From the NCBI GenBank assembly GCA_950097015.1, contig CATNEN010000008.1, positions 2,604,001 to 2,668,000 on the forward strand: a stretch of 64,000 nucleotides of DNA, written 5' to 3'. Position numbers and translations under genes: made by a program. The stretch comes from Macrostomum hystrix. Its lineage: Eukaryota > Animalia > Platyhelminthes. Of this stretch, positions 26,716 through 39,344 are shown piece after piece. The notes beneath the pieces were generated by a model, which did no database searches, was not told the origin of the DNA, and saw only the letters and a list, made by a program, of their open reading frames with translations. Position 1 is the first letter of the stretch, and every line of letters starts with the position of its first letter.

Positions 26716-28390
26716 ATGTCGGAGCTGCAGAACACCCAGATGAACCTATCCGAAGAGGAGATCGCCGAGCTGCACGAAGCATTCCTCTTATTCGACAGGG
26801 ACGGCGGAGGCACCATCTCGGCCAATGAGCTGGGTGACGTCATGCGATCCCTCGGCCAGAATCCATCCGATGAGGAAATCAAACGGCTCATTGAACAGGT
26901 GGACGTTGACGGTAACGGCGAGTTGGACTTCTCAGAGTTCACTATTCTCATGATGATGAAGATGAACGACGGTGAGAGCAGCGTCCAGATTCGGGAGGCC
27001 ATTAAGGTGAGGCAGAATACGATAGGGCCATAGACAAAATATTAGCTGAGAATCAGGTTTTTTATACCCAATTTACCATGCACCACACGCCTTGCCTTTT
27101 GGGTCAGTGTGGCAGCCTCCACAGTCCACGGACTGAACAGCTGTACGCAGCCTTCGAAAACGCCGCGAAATAGCTGCGGCTGTGCGACCCTGTTGCGATC
27201 CTCCTATCCCATACATTGTATTAAGCCTCTGCTCAAACGTCATATAACCCGTTAGGCATCCGTGAGGTGAAGCATTGAATGCATAATTCCAATGTCAACC
27301 GATGCAGGTCGCGTATATAGAGCCACTTGTCATATCGCACTATGACGCTCAGCAATTGCCACAGTTTAGACTTTATTTTGTTTGTTTGAATGGCGCTCTT
27401 GCCACACAGATATGTCTGGGGAACTGAGTAGAGCATAGAGCTAAAGGCATAGTTTTTTTTATACATAGCACCCAGACAGATAGCACCCACCTCACGCCTT
27501 TCGCATCTCTTCATCGCTGCAGCCAGTTCATTCCCAAAACACTAGTACAGTTTGTTGATAGCAGAGTTATCAATTTTTACAGCAACTTTACCACCCACCT
27601 CACGCCTTGCGTACAGAATGTGGCCCACAAAACTGTCATCGATTTTTACTACCCAATTTATCACCCACCTCACGCCTTGTCGTAACAGTCTGTGGCCCAC
27701 AAAACTGCTATCGATTTTTACTACCCAATTTATCACCCACCTCACGCCTTGTCGTAACAGTCTGTGGCCCACAAAACTGCTATCGATTTTTACTACCCAA
27801 TTTATCACCCACCTCACGCCTTATCGTAACAGTCTGTGGCCCACAAAACTGCTATCGATTTTTACTACCCAATTTATCACCCACCTCACGCCTTGTCGTA
27901 ACAGTCTGTGGCCCACAAAACTGCTATCGATTTTTACTACCCAATTTATCACCCACCTCACGCCTTGTCGTAACAGTCTGTGGCCCACAAAACTGCTATC
28001 GATTTTTACTACCCAATTTATCACCCACCTCACGCCTTATCGTAACAGTCTGTGGCCCACAAAACTGCTATCGATTTTTACTACCCAATTTATCACCCAC
28101 CTCACGCCTTGTCGTAACAGTCTGTGGCCCACAAAACTGCTATCTATTTTTTACCCCTCACGCAAGTAAAACCCTTTCCTCCAATGCTTGTAATTCTCAA
28201 GGTTTTTGACGAAGAAGAAACAGGCAAGCTTCACGTTGACAAGCTGCGCCAGGTGATGGTCAACTTAGGCGATAAAATGGACCCGATGGAAGTTGACGAG
28301 CTCATCGCCCTGCTGGACATTGACCAGGATGGCAACGTGCAGACCGAGCAGATTGTTCAGGTGCTCAGCAGTGGCGCTGCGCCCGGCTGA
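26716..28390 (+). CDS. Calmodulin-like four-EF-hand protein
   Basis: Exons 26716-27006 and 28202-28390 (AAG|gtgagg ... ctcaag|GTT). [51 protein letters not shown]. Probable non-coding exon donor at 26225 (gcgg|gtaagt). Alternative ATG at 26683. Confidence 0.85.
27590..28150. repeat. 72-bp minisatellite (~7.5 copies) in calmodulin-like intron
   Basis: Unit begins cccacctcacgccttgtcgtaacagtctgtggcccacaaaactgc; the cccacctcacgcct motif recurs singly near 27487 and 29148. Confidence 0.95.
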
Positions 28391-29689
28391 AAACTTCTTA
28401 AAAAACCTAGTTTTCTACATTTCCAACCTTATTCATCTTTGAATTTTCATAATCTTAGAATTTTATTAATTATTTTAAACTCAAATTCTTAAGAATTCCT
28501 GATTCTCATGCAAAAATTGATGTAAGCTCAATTCGACACTTATAACAATGGTAGTAACATTTCTTGTATCATTTTTCCGAAGTAAGAAAACTTTTTCTAT
28601 AGTAGTTGACTCATTTATCGCCGCTTTTCTAGAGTCGGCATGCATAAAAGCACAAATCGTACGCATAACATGCTACTGGTAAGTAGAGTACGAGTACTTT
28701 GCACAACAAGATGAGACTTTTAAGATATGTAGATTTTCAATCGATGTTATGCTATTTTTATATGGTTAAGAAATTTTAGGTACCCAGTTTTAGTATCGTA
28801 AATTTACTTGCATATGTGAAAGTATGGCATATTTAAAAAATACATAAGACTTGCTGCTGTCTCAAACGTTGGTAGTGAATTCCTCACGACAGCAGTTTTT
28901 TTATTTAAATCATTAGCTTCTTATTTTTTTGTTTGACCATTGCATTAGATTTAGAAGAATGAATAAAAGAACCATCCAAGGTCATCTCACTCTAAAGTCT
29001 GGCCAAGCCAACAAACTTATCGATTTTTTTCTAACCCCCCATCAGGCACCCACCTCAAAGCCCTCTATCCCTGCAGAAACCCCAGTCCAAAATTCTAGGC
29101 GCAGTGTAAGCAGCTAGCTTATGGATTTTTTCTATCCCGTAGTAGCGCCCACCTCACGCCTTTATTTTACGAATTGTGTTTCCCGATTAACAAAAGCTAC
29201 TGTAATGAATGTCAATGCTTGCTCAAGTTTTTTACTTTGAAGCTATTGAATTTCTTTAAATCCCAACAATGAGCTGAAGAGAAAAACTCTTTCTGAAGCT
29301 TAAGTTACCAGGTCCGCTGTTTTCACAAGATTGAAGTAACTTTAAGCAGGACGCCACTAAGTCTCTACGTGATTATTTCGCATACTGTCTATTGTCAAAC
29401 AAGTGTGAGCAAACTTTATTGCTAAACTACTATGCCACATCGTGTGTGCTCTAGCCTATATGCTAGCAAACACGATTTTTGGGTTGCAAGGGGCAAACTT
29501 TCATCCTTCCTCTCTCTCTTTTAAGCAAACTTTAATGCTTCCTTTATTCTAAACTGGAAAATACTTCTACTGTTATGCAGGGAAAAAAAATCCAGTAAAA
29601 AACTTGCTATCCGTAAAACGGGTGTAGCTGTAGATGCGAAAGTTCAAGCTATAGTTGGGAATATAAGACTTGGAGCTCGGTTTAAGACT

Positions 29690-30076
29690 CTGTTGACACC
29701 TGTTAGACAGTAATGACACCTGTTTGACAGTAATGACACCTGTTTGACAGTAATGACACCTGTTAGACATTGATGACACTTGTCAAACAGTAATGACACC
29801 TGTAAGACAGTAATGACACCTGTTTGACAGTAATGACACCTGTTTGACAGTAATGACACCTGTTTGACAGTAATGACACCTGTTTGACAGTAATGACACC
29901 TGTTTGACAGTAATGACACCTGTTTGACAGTAATGACACCTGTTTGACAGTAATGACTCCGTTTGACAGTAATGACACCTGTTTGACAGTAATGACACCT
30001 GTTTGACAGTAATGACACCTGTTAGACATTGATGACACTTGTCAAACAGCAATGACACCTGTTAGACAGCGATGAC
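29690..30076. repeat. 20-bp minisatellite
   Basis: Unit gacagtaatgacacctgttt, ~19 copies. Confidence 0.95.
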
Positions 30077-30574
30077 ACCTATTATACTGTTTTGATTCCT
30101 GTTAGAATTTTATGATCTCTGTTAGTAAATACAGAAACCTAAAAGAGCTTGAAAAATCTGTTAATTTTTTACTCAATATTTGTTTCAATAAAAGTGCAAT
30201 GCCAGATATTATGTGCTAAAAGTTAGTAAAATAGACTCCGCGAGAAAAAAAATGTTAGATTTTTTTATTTCCGAAGTCACGAAGAAATAAATTAAAAGTG
30301 GCGATAAAAAGATTTTGATTGAAAGTCGATAAAAATAGAACTGGCTGGGTGCTTGGCCGATTGCTAGCCAGTTCATAAACAGAGCCTCAAGTCACTTGTC
30401 AATCAATTTCTCTCACTCACTTTAAACATGCTACTATAGCTTAAGGCACAAAGGTGGAGCCCGTAAGGAGCAAGGAAGTAGGAAATTATTTCAATATTCC
30501 ATGAACAGGGAACTTTATGAGGATTCCAGGACAGTCAGACTGTATAAGGATCTTAGAAAGCAAGTTTTAGAAAA

Positions 30575-32755
30575 GATTCCAGGAATGAGAGATTCGGTAA
30601 GGATTCCTGGAATGAGAGATTCGGTAAGGATTCCAGGAATGAGAGATTCGGTAAGGATTCCAGGAATGAGAGATTCGGTAAGGATTCCTGGAATGAGAAA
30701 TTCGGTAAGGATTCCAGGAATGAGAGATTCGGTAAGGATTCCAGGAATGAGAGATTCGGTAAGGATTCCAGGAATGAGGGATTCGGTAAAGATTCCTGGA
30801 ATGAGAGATTCGGTAAGGATTCCTGGAATGAGAGATTCGGTAAGGATTCCAGGAATGAGAGATTCGGTAAAGATTCCAGGAATGAGAGATTCGGTAAAGA
30901 TTCCAGGAATGAGAGATTCGGTAAAGATTCCAGGAATGAGAGATTCGGTAAGGATGCCAGGAATGAGAGATTCGGTAAAGATTCCTGGAATGAGAGATTC
31001 GGTAAAGATTCCAGGAATGAGAGATTCGGTAAAGATTCCTGGAATGAGAGATTCGGTAAAGATTCCAGGAATGAGAGATTCGGTAAGGATTCCAGGAATG
31101 AGAGATTCGGTAAGGGTTCCAGGAATGAGAGATTCGGTAAGGATTCCAGGAATGAGAGATTCTGTAAGGATTCCAGGAATGAGAGATTCGGTAAGGATTC
31201 CAGGAATGAGAGATTCGGTAAGGATTCCAGGAATGAGAGATTCGGTAAAGATTCCAGGAATGAGAGATTCGGTAAGGATTCCAGGAATGAGAGATTCGGT
31301 AAGGATTCCAGGAATGAGAGATTCGGTAAGGATTCCAGGAATGAGAGATTCGGTAAGGATTCCAGGAATGAGAGATTGGGTAAGGATTCCTGGAATGAGA
31401 GATTCGGTAAGGATGCCTGCCAGGAATGAGAGATTTGGTAAGGATTCCAGGAATGAGAGATTCGGTAAGGATTCCAGGAATGAGAGATTCGGTAAGGATT
31501 CCAGGAATGAGAGATTCGGTAAGGATTCCAGGAATGAGAGATTCTGTAAGGATTCCAGGAATGAGAGATTCGGTAAGGATTCCAGGAATGAGAGATTCGG
31601 TAAGGATTCCAGGAATGAGAGATTCGGTAAGGATTCCTGGAATGAGAGATTCGGTAAGGATGCCTGCCAGGAATGAGAGATTCGGTAAGGATTCCAGGAA
31701 TGAGAGATTCGGTAAGGATTCCTGGAATGAGAGATTCGGTAAGGATTCCTGGAATGAGAGATTCGGTAAGGATGCCTGCCAGGAATGAGAGATTCGGTAA
31801 GGATTCCTGGAATGAGAGATTCGGTAAGGATTCCTGGAATGAGAGATTCGGTAAGGATGCCTGCCAGGAATGAGAGATTCGGTAAGGATTCCTGGAATGA
31901 GAGATTCGGTAAGGATGCCTGCCAGGAATGAGAGATTCGGTAATGATGCCAGGAATGAGAGATTCGGTAATGATGCCAGGAATGAGAGATTCGGTAATGA
32001 TGCCAGGAATGAGAGATTCGGTAATGATGCCAGGAATGAGAGATTCGGTAATGATGCCAGGAATGAGAGATTCGGTAATGATGCCAGGAATGAGAGATTC
32101 GGTAATGATGCCAGGAATAAGAGATTCGGTAATGATGCCAGGAATGAGAGATTCGGTAAGGATGCCAGGAATGAGAGATTCGGTAAGGATGCCAGGAATG
32201 AGAGATTCGGTAAGGATGCCAGGAATGAGAGATTCGGTAAGGATGCCAGGAATGAGAGATTCGGTAATGATGCCAGGAATGAGAGATTCGGTAATGATGC
32301 CAGGAATGAGAGATTCGGTAATGATGCCAGGAATGAGAGATTCGGTAATGATGCCAGGAATGAGAGATTCGGTAATGATGCCAGGAATGAGAGATTCGGT
32401 AATGATGCCAGGAATAAGAGATTCGGTAATGATGCCAGGAATGAGAGATTCGGTAAGGATGCCAGGAATGAGAGATTCGGTAATGATGCCAGGAATGAGA
32501 GATTCGGTAATGATGCCAGGAATGAGAGATTCGGTAATGATGCCAGGAATGAGAGATTCGGCAAGGATGCCAGGAATGAGAGATTCGGTAAGGATGCCAG
32601 GAATGAGAGATTCGGTAAGGATGCCAGGAATGAGAGATTCGGTAATGATGCCAGGAATGAGAGATTCGGTAAGGATGCCAGGAATGAGAGATTCGGTAAT
32701 GATGCCAGGAATGAGAGATTCGGTAATGATGCCAGGAATGAGAGATTCGGTAATG
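30575..32755. repeat. 27-bp minisatellite (~80 copies), array A
   Basis: ggattccaggaatgagagattcggtaa, switching to tgatgccaggaatgagagattcggtaa after ~31920. Confidence 0.95.
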
Positions 32756-33349
32756 AATTGAAACAGAAATTATTTTTTTGTTGCTTTCAAATACTTTTTC
32801 AGCATTTGAGTACCCCGCCACCCACAATGTGTTTCTAAAAGTGTATATTTGCCATATCGGCCACTCACGCACGCATGCAAAAGAGAATAATTGGCAATTA
32901 ATAAGCAATTAACAAAACAGATTGAATGAAACAAGTTAAATTATTAAGCAAAGTCTTTACAATAGTGAGACTGAAATGAGCATAAAATAGCAGAAACGAG
33001 CCCAGACCTCACAAGTTGCTAGCTGGTCTGCACTCGTAGATGTTCAAATTTAACGGTTGCCATTCGCTCACTAAATCATGGACTCACTTTCACGCACTCA
33101 TCTAACCCTCTACTTCTCAAGCTGTTGGTTCTCATGAAAAACACTGCCGAGCATACCCCCCCTACCGGGGCATTTAAGTGGCCAGCTTCTCCCATTGTAA
33201 AGTTCTGCCCCAGTAGCCTATTTAAACTGCTGCCATTTGACAGCAACATAAACTGCAATAGTTTTTAGTTTTATATAATTGAACAAGTTTTCTAGCTAGA
33301 TATTTATACAAATTGGTAGCCAACAAATCAGCTGCATAAATCAAGTGTT

Positions 33350-33815
33350 TGAATCAATCGACTGACCGATCAATCAATCAACAGAAAAAATCAAGCGAAC
33401 CAACCAACCGAATCAATTATTAGAATCAACCAATCAAACGAATCAAAAAATCAACCGAATCAATCAATCAACCGACCGAAGCAATCAATCAACCGAATCA
33501 ATCAACCGAATCAATCAACCAATTCAATCAACCGAATCGATCAACCAAATCAATCAACCGAATCAATCAATCGAATCAATCAACCAATTCAATCAACCGA
33601 ATCGATCAACCAAATCAATCAACCGAATCAATCAATCGAATCAATCAACCAATTCAATCAACCGAATCAATCAACCGAATCAATCAACCGAATCAATCAA
33701 CCGAATTAGTCAATAAACCGAATCAATCAATCGAACCGATTAACCGAATCAATCAATCGTATCAATCAACCGAATCGATCAACCGAATCGATCAAACGAC
33801 CAAATCAATCAATCA
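33350..33815. repeat. (aatc)n / aatcaaccg microsatellite
   Basis: Directly visible; ends just before a candidate acceptor (ctgatcag, ~33837). Confidence 0.9.
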
Positions 33816-33852
33816 ACCGGCCTAATCACCTGATCAGCGCAGTCCCAACTGG

Positions 33853-34605
33853 ATGGCGTACACCTCGCGGGCAGCAGAGCGCGACTCACGCGCCTCCATC
33901 GCCGATCTGGATGCGGCCAGGCGGTTGGGCGAGAAGCGGCATCGCCGGCAAGTCGAGCAGACTCGCGGCGATCTCAAAGATCTCATCCTATCCAAGTACG
34001 TCCACCAGAGGCACAGCAGGAGTGTAGCAGCTGCCATCGCGACGGAAGATTCAAAGCCGAATGAGGCCTGGCCGACGCGCGAGGCTGCAGCGGCTTCGCT
34101 GTTCCCAGGCGGATGTCGGAACAGCCTATCACTCCGGCGACACGTGGCGGAGGAGAAGGCCCGCCTCGGATCTCGACTGTCACCGAGCAGACGCCGCAGA
34201 CAGCTGGTGGGCCGTCAGCGGCAGGCGCATCGAACATTCCCGGAACACATCGTCCAGGCTGGCAAGACCACCAGTGGAATTCTCAGGGACTTTCGACAAT
34301 TCAAAGGCGATCGAGAGGGCGAGACAGACGGCGAGGCCGAGGGAATCGAAGATCGACTGCAGTCGATATCATTGGCGGACTTTGGCAACAATGCCTGCGA
34401 GGAGTGAGTTAAAGAAACATATCTTGCTTTGTTTGCATTCTCAACCTGAGCAACAAATTTCACATACCCACATGCCTCCGATCTATCCCACATCTCTCCC
34501 ATCTATCCCACATCTCTCCCATCTATCCCACATCTCTCCCATCTATCCCACATCTCTCCCATCTATCCCACATCTCTCCTATCTAGCAGGCACATTCAAG
34601 AGTGA
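33853..34605 (+). CDS. Uncharacterised protein (possibly 3' exons of a longer gene)
   Basis: GC3-rich ORF 33853-34403, donor GA|gtgagt, acceptor ctagcag|G at 34590, TGA at 34603-34605. The frame is also open upstream to a candidate acceptor at ~33837. An alternative overlapping frame splices through the same sites to 34852. Confidence 0.5.
34481..34585. repeat. 20-bp intronic repeat (5 copies)
   Basis: Unit atctatcccacatctctccc. Confidence 0.9.
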
Positions 34606-35064
34606 ATTTCAGGCGAATGCATTGCACTGCATTGTGAATCGCATTCCCAGGCAATCCATGGCCTCATCTTCCTGGCTTGGCACCAGAACACGGCACCAAC
34701 AGAGGCAGCAGATGCAGCGACGTTGGCAGCAACAGCAGCAGCAGCAGGCCGTGATCGAGAATGCTAGAATTGTTAGGCAGAAGTTAGACAGAGCGTATCT
34801 GAGGTCCCAGGACTCAGACTTAGACGAAGGACTGTTAAAGCGTATTTCATAAACAATGCTTTTCTAATTCTTCAAAATAAGCAATTATTTGTATTTTAAA
34901 AGCTTTTGTCTATGTCTCTTCCTTCACAAAAATATATTTAAATACAACCTCAAGTCAGCCATTTTCGTCAAAAATGTTCTTGTTAACGAAGGATTGGAAT
35001 TGGAATTTTCCTAAAACTTATCAGGTCTTCTAAAAATGTTTACTTGTAAATAAAGTGGTGATAA

Positions 35065-36600
35065 GGATTCTAGGAAATTAAGATTCGGTGAGAATTCCAG
35101 GAAATTGAGATTCGGTGAGGATTCCAGGAAATTGAGACTCGGTGAGGATTCAGGAATGTTTGATTCGGTGAAGATTCCAGGAAATTGAGACTCGGTGAGG
35201 ATTCCAGGAAATTGAGATTCGTTGAGGATTCCAGGAAATTGAGATTCGGTGAGGATTCCAGGAAATTGAGACTCGGTGAGGATTCCAGGAAATTGAGATT
35301 CGTTGAGGATTCCAGGAAATTGAGATTCGGTGAGGATTCCAGGAAATTGAGACTCGGTGAGGATTCCAGGAAATTGAGATTCGTTGAGGATTCCAGGAAA
35401 TTGAGATTCGGTGAGGATTCCAGGAAATTGAGACTCGGTGAGGATTCCAGGAAATTGAGACTTGGCCAGGATTCCAGGAAATTGAGACTCGGTGAGGATT
35501 CCAGGAAATTGAGACTCGGCGAGGATTTCAGGAAATTGAGACTCGGTGAGGATTCCAGGAAATTGAGACTCGGTGAGGATTTCAGGAAATTGAGACTCGG
35601 TGAGGATTCCAGGAAATTGAGACTCGGTGAGGATTCCAGGAAATTGAGACTCGGTGAGGATTCCAGGAAATTGAGATTCGGTGAGAATTCCAGGAAATTG
35701 AGATTCGGTGAGGATTCCAGGAAATTGAGACTCGGTGAGGATTCCAGGAAATTGAGACTCGGTGAGGATTCCAGGAAATTGAGATTCGGTGAGGATTCCA
35801 GGAAATTGAGATTCAGTGAGGATTCCAGGAAATTGAGATTTAATGAAGATTCCAGGAAATTGAGACTCGGTGAGGCTTCAAGGAAATTGAGACTCGGTGA
35901 GGATTCCAGGAAATTGAGACTCGATGAGGATTCCAGGAAATTGAGACTCGGTGAGGATTCAAGGAAGTTGAGACTCGGTGAGGATTCCAGGAAATTGAGA
36001 CTCTGTGAGGATTCTAGGAAATTAACATTCGGTGAAGATTCCAGGAAATTGAGACTCGGTGAGGATTCCAGGAAATTGAGATTCCGAAAGGATTCAGGAA
36101 TGTTTGATTCGGTGAAGATTCTAGGAAATTGAGATTCGGTGAGGATTCCAGGAAATTGAGACTCGGTGAAGATTCCAGGAAATTGAGATTCGGTGAGGAT
36201 TCCAGGAAATTGAGACTCGGTGAGGATTCCAGGAAATTGAGATTCGGTGAGGATTCCAGGAAATTGAGATTCGGTGAGGATTCCAGGAAATTGAGATTCG
36301 GTGAGGATTCCAGGAAATTGAGACTCGGTGAGGATTCCAGGAAATTGAGACTCGGTGAGGATTTCAGGAAATTGAGACTCGGTGAGGATTCCAGGAAATT
36401 GAGACTCGGTGAGGATTCAAGGAAATTGAGACTCGGTGAGGATTCCAGGAAATTGAGACTCGGTGAAAAGAAAATAGAGATTCTGAAAGGATTCAGGAAT
36501 GTTTGATTCGGTGAAGATTCCTGGAAATTGGTATTCGGTAATGATTCTAGGAAATTAAGATTCGATCAGGATTCGAGTGAATTGAGATTCGGTAAAGTTC
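35065..36600. repeat. 27-bp minisatellite (~55 copies), array B, related to array A
   Basis: Unit ggattccaggaaattgaga(c/t)tcggtga. Confidence 0.95.
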
Positions 36601-37715
36601 CCAGTAATGTGACCTAGTATATGAACAATAAATTATTGAACATTTTACAAGACATCTACGTTCGAATATAAGTACTTTCTGAATATACTACTTGCCAAAT
36701 TGCTAAGTAGGAAAATTAGAGAAGTAGCTAGATAAGGCTAGCTTTCTCGTTAAAAGTTAAATCTATATTTTGCCACTTGTATGTAATTTTGCGACTAATG
36801 CAGCACTTGGTTTGCCTTCTGTTGCAGATCGTGATTAGGTGGCAGAGAAATCATATAATGTTGGCCGTTTCCATGGTGGTTACCTTTATTTGATCGCTTT
36901 GATAATTTTGGCGCAATGAATGCCAGCTAACTTACACAACCCTTACACACTCAACAAATTCTAACATTTCTTGTCCTTTCAGCTGTGCTCAAATTTCTAT
37001 AATAAGCATGCAGTCACAATGGAGTTTGAGTACGCCCGAACGCTTAGATAGAGTTTGAACACACCGATACCAGTTAGTTTTCAAAGAACTAGCTCAGACT
37101 GGATCTTGACAGCAGCTAGGTGAACTAACCTAACTGCCTACTCACTCACACACAGACTCAAGTTGAGCACACACTGACTGAGTTTGTATGCTTATTACCT
37201 GGAAGCGGTTATGTATCACCCGATACTTGCACAGCACATTAACAGTAGAAACCACGGGTATTAACATTTCAAACTCCCACTGCCACAAACTTTTCCCACA
37301 TACTTTTCCCACATAATTTCTGTGACACACACGTGTCAATCTATTCAGTATCCTGGTTGGCTCACACTCCATCAACAGGTGTTTGCCAAAATAAAATAGG
37401 ATTATTTTTTTCATCAATGAAATCATTCCCACCTTTCAGCGCCAAAATCCTCTCGCCTACCGTCGCATCCTGCGTTCTCCCATTCTCCCAGCCTCTCTTT
37501 TCCCAATTCAACAGGTGGAAAGTTGAAGCGGCGCACCCTGCCCGCAGAAGATCCTAGCAACGGTAGTTTGGCGTCATTGGCAACCGGGAAGCGCGATCTA
37601 GACCCATATATGCATTTATACGCTTGCTTCGCATTCTCGGCTTAATTCACAATGACTGCCAGATCTGCCAGAAAGTCAGTCGGACAGATCAACTGAGAAG
37701 TGTGAGTTCTTGAGC

Positions 37716-38794
37716 ATGAAGCGACCATACAATGCACCCGAGCCACCGTACGGTTATTATCCTGCGGCATCGATGCCGGTGGCTACAAAGAACTTGACCT
37801 ACTGCACTATTGGTGAGAGTGTCAGCGCGTTGGGGATACTAATTTTACTTGTGGATTGCTAGTCTACCCCATGGAAAGAACTAATTAACTTTCTTTTGGC
37901 ATGGGGAAAGAACAGAATGGATTGCTAGCCAATTCCATTAGCAAAGAAATAGTGAATCAAATATTAATTTCGCTTTTCAGACGACATCAGGGCATTTCAG
38001 GAGCGCATTCGATCCTCTGATCAAGCGAGGAAAAATGATGGCAACTTTAAGCAGCAGCAGCAGCAGCTCCCCACAGCTGACAGTCACGAAGAGGAGTTGG
38101 CAACGGATAGTGGTGAAAGTTTCGTTCGTCCAGTTGACGAATCGCCGCCACAGCCACAGCCACAGCACTCGAAACGTTGCGTCAGCGCAGCCAATCACAA
38201 TCGATCTTCAGTCGCAGACAGACTGCATAGCGATTTAAATCTAAATGAGACTTTGGCTGCGTGCCGCAGACCGAAGACAGCTCCAGCCCGAGTGCCGAAA
38301 GTAACAAAGAAGGTCATTGCAGGCGCTTCATACGATGAGGACCTGAGAGTACACGGTTGGAGAATGGAGGTTCATGGCGATCCGCTGGAGCTAAAGTGAG
38401 TGAGTGAGTGAGTGAGTGAGTGAGTGAGTGAGTGAGTGAGTGAGTGAGTGAGTGAGTGAGTGAGTGAGTGAGTCAGTCAGTGAGTGAGTGAGTGAGTGAG
38501 TGAGTCAGTCAGTCAGTCAGTCATTCACCCACTCGAACATGCTTCAGGCGGCCGCATCTGCCGCAGCTGCGCATGTTGAACATCCCGATTCCGGATTCGA
38601 AAGTGTTGCCTCCGCCGCCGTCAATACGCAAGTCGAATTCAACGGCCTTCTTTCACCAGACGGTGGCGACAGTAACGCTGAGCTTTGACATTCATCCGGC
38701 CTTCGCTTCTGAGAGATTTGCCAGAACTCGAGCTAGCCTGATGCGACAGGGAAAGTGGAACTTTGCCCCTAGAGACTTTGCCTTTATTTACTAA
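37716..38794 (+). CDS. Uncharacterised 252-aa protein, 3 exons
   Basis: Exons 37716-37812, 37981-38395, 38548-38794 total 759 nt; intron phases 1 and 2 match across joins. MKRPYNAPEPPYGYYP..DDIRAFQERIR..GWRMEVHGDPLELKRPHLPQLR..SFDIHPAFASE..FIY*. Confidence 0.65.
38396..38522. repeat. (GTGA)n/(GTCA)n microsatellite forming most of a 152-nt intron
   Basis: Starts exactly at the donor AA|gtgagt. Confidence 0.95.
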
Positions 38795-39344
38795 ATGAAA
38801 ACTGCCTGACCTGAGGGTTTGGTTGGCCTACAGATAACGTATCGTAGCAAGAACTTCAGCTTTAACAACAGAAAATCGTTCCTGTTTTTTAATTCACTTT
38901 AACTCTGTCTCTAGCATAGTAATTGTTCCGCCAGTTTGATCACCCAGTTATACTTGAAACGATTGATGTCGAATATGCTGACACAATCCTCAGCCAGGTT
39001 TGTGACAACAGATGCTCGAATAAAATGGTTGTATGACTTGCGGCAGCCAAGTCCGGCCAGTTCACAAAAACAGCTTCATGAAATTATTAAACGAATTCTT
39101 ACCTAACATGGGCGCCTTGTGGTACCTGTAGCCATCGCTGTCAGCACGGTTAAATGGTTTCGGCTAGACACATTCGACGCCAGTAGGAAGGGTAATCTTC
39201 GGAAACATTCACATCGTCCTTTGTCAGAATTCTCTATCAGAGGTCAAGCCACGTAACAGAGAAATGACTCCAACTTTGGTTGCATCAACTTGGAGACATT
39301 TGGAGACAACTTTGGTCGATAAATCTCGAACATGACCGCTGTTG

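Noticed and set aside
27590-28150. CRISPR-like regular spacing in the 72-bp and 37-bp arrays
   Set aside because: Units are head-to-tail with no unique spacers, there are no cas genes, and the context is eukaryotic.
30501-32908. Very long ORFs (up to 797 aa) on both strands
   Set aside because: They are translations of the 27-bp array (IPGMRDSVR, HHYRISHSW); open in several frames because the unit is a stop-free multiple of 3, with no unique coding context.
35185-36506. EDSRKLRLG-repeat ORFs
   Set aside because: Translation of 27-bp array B.
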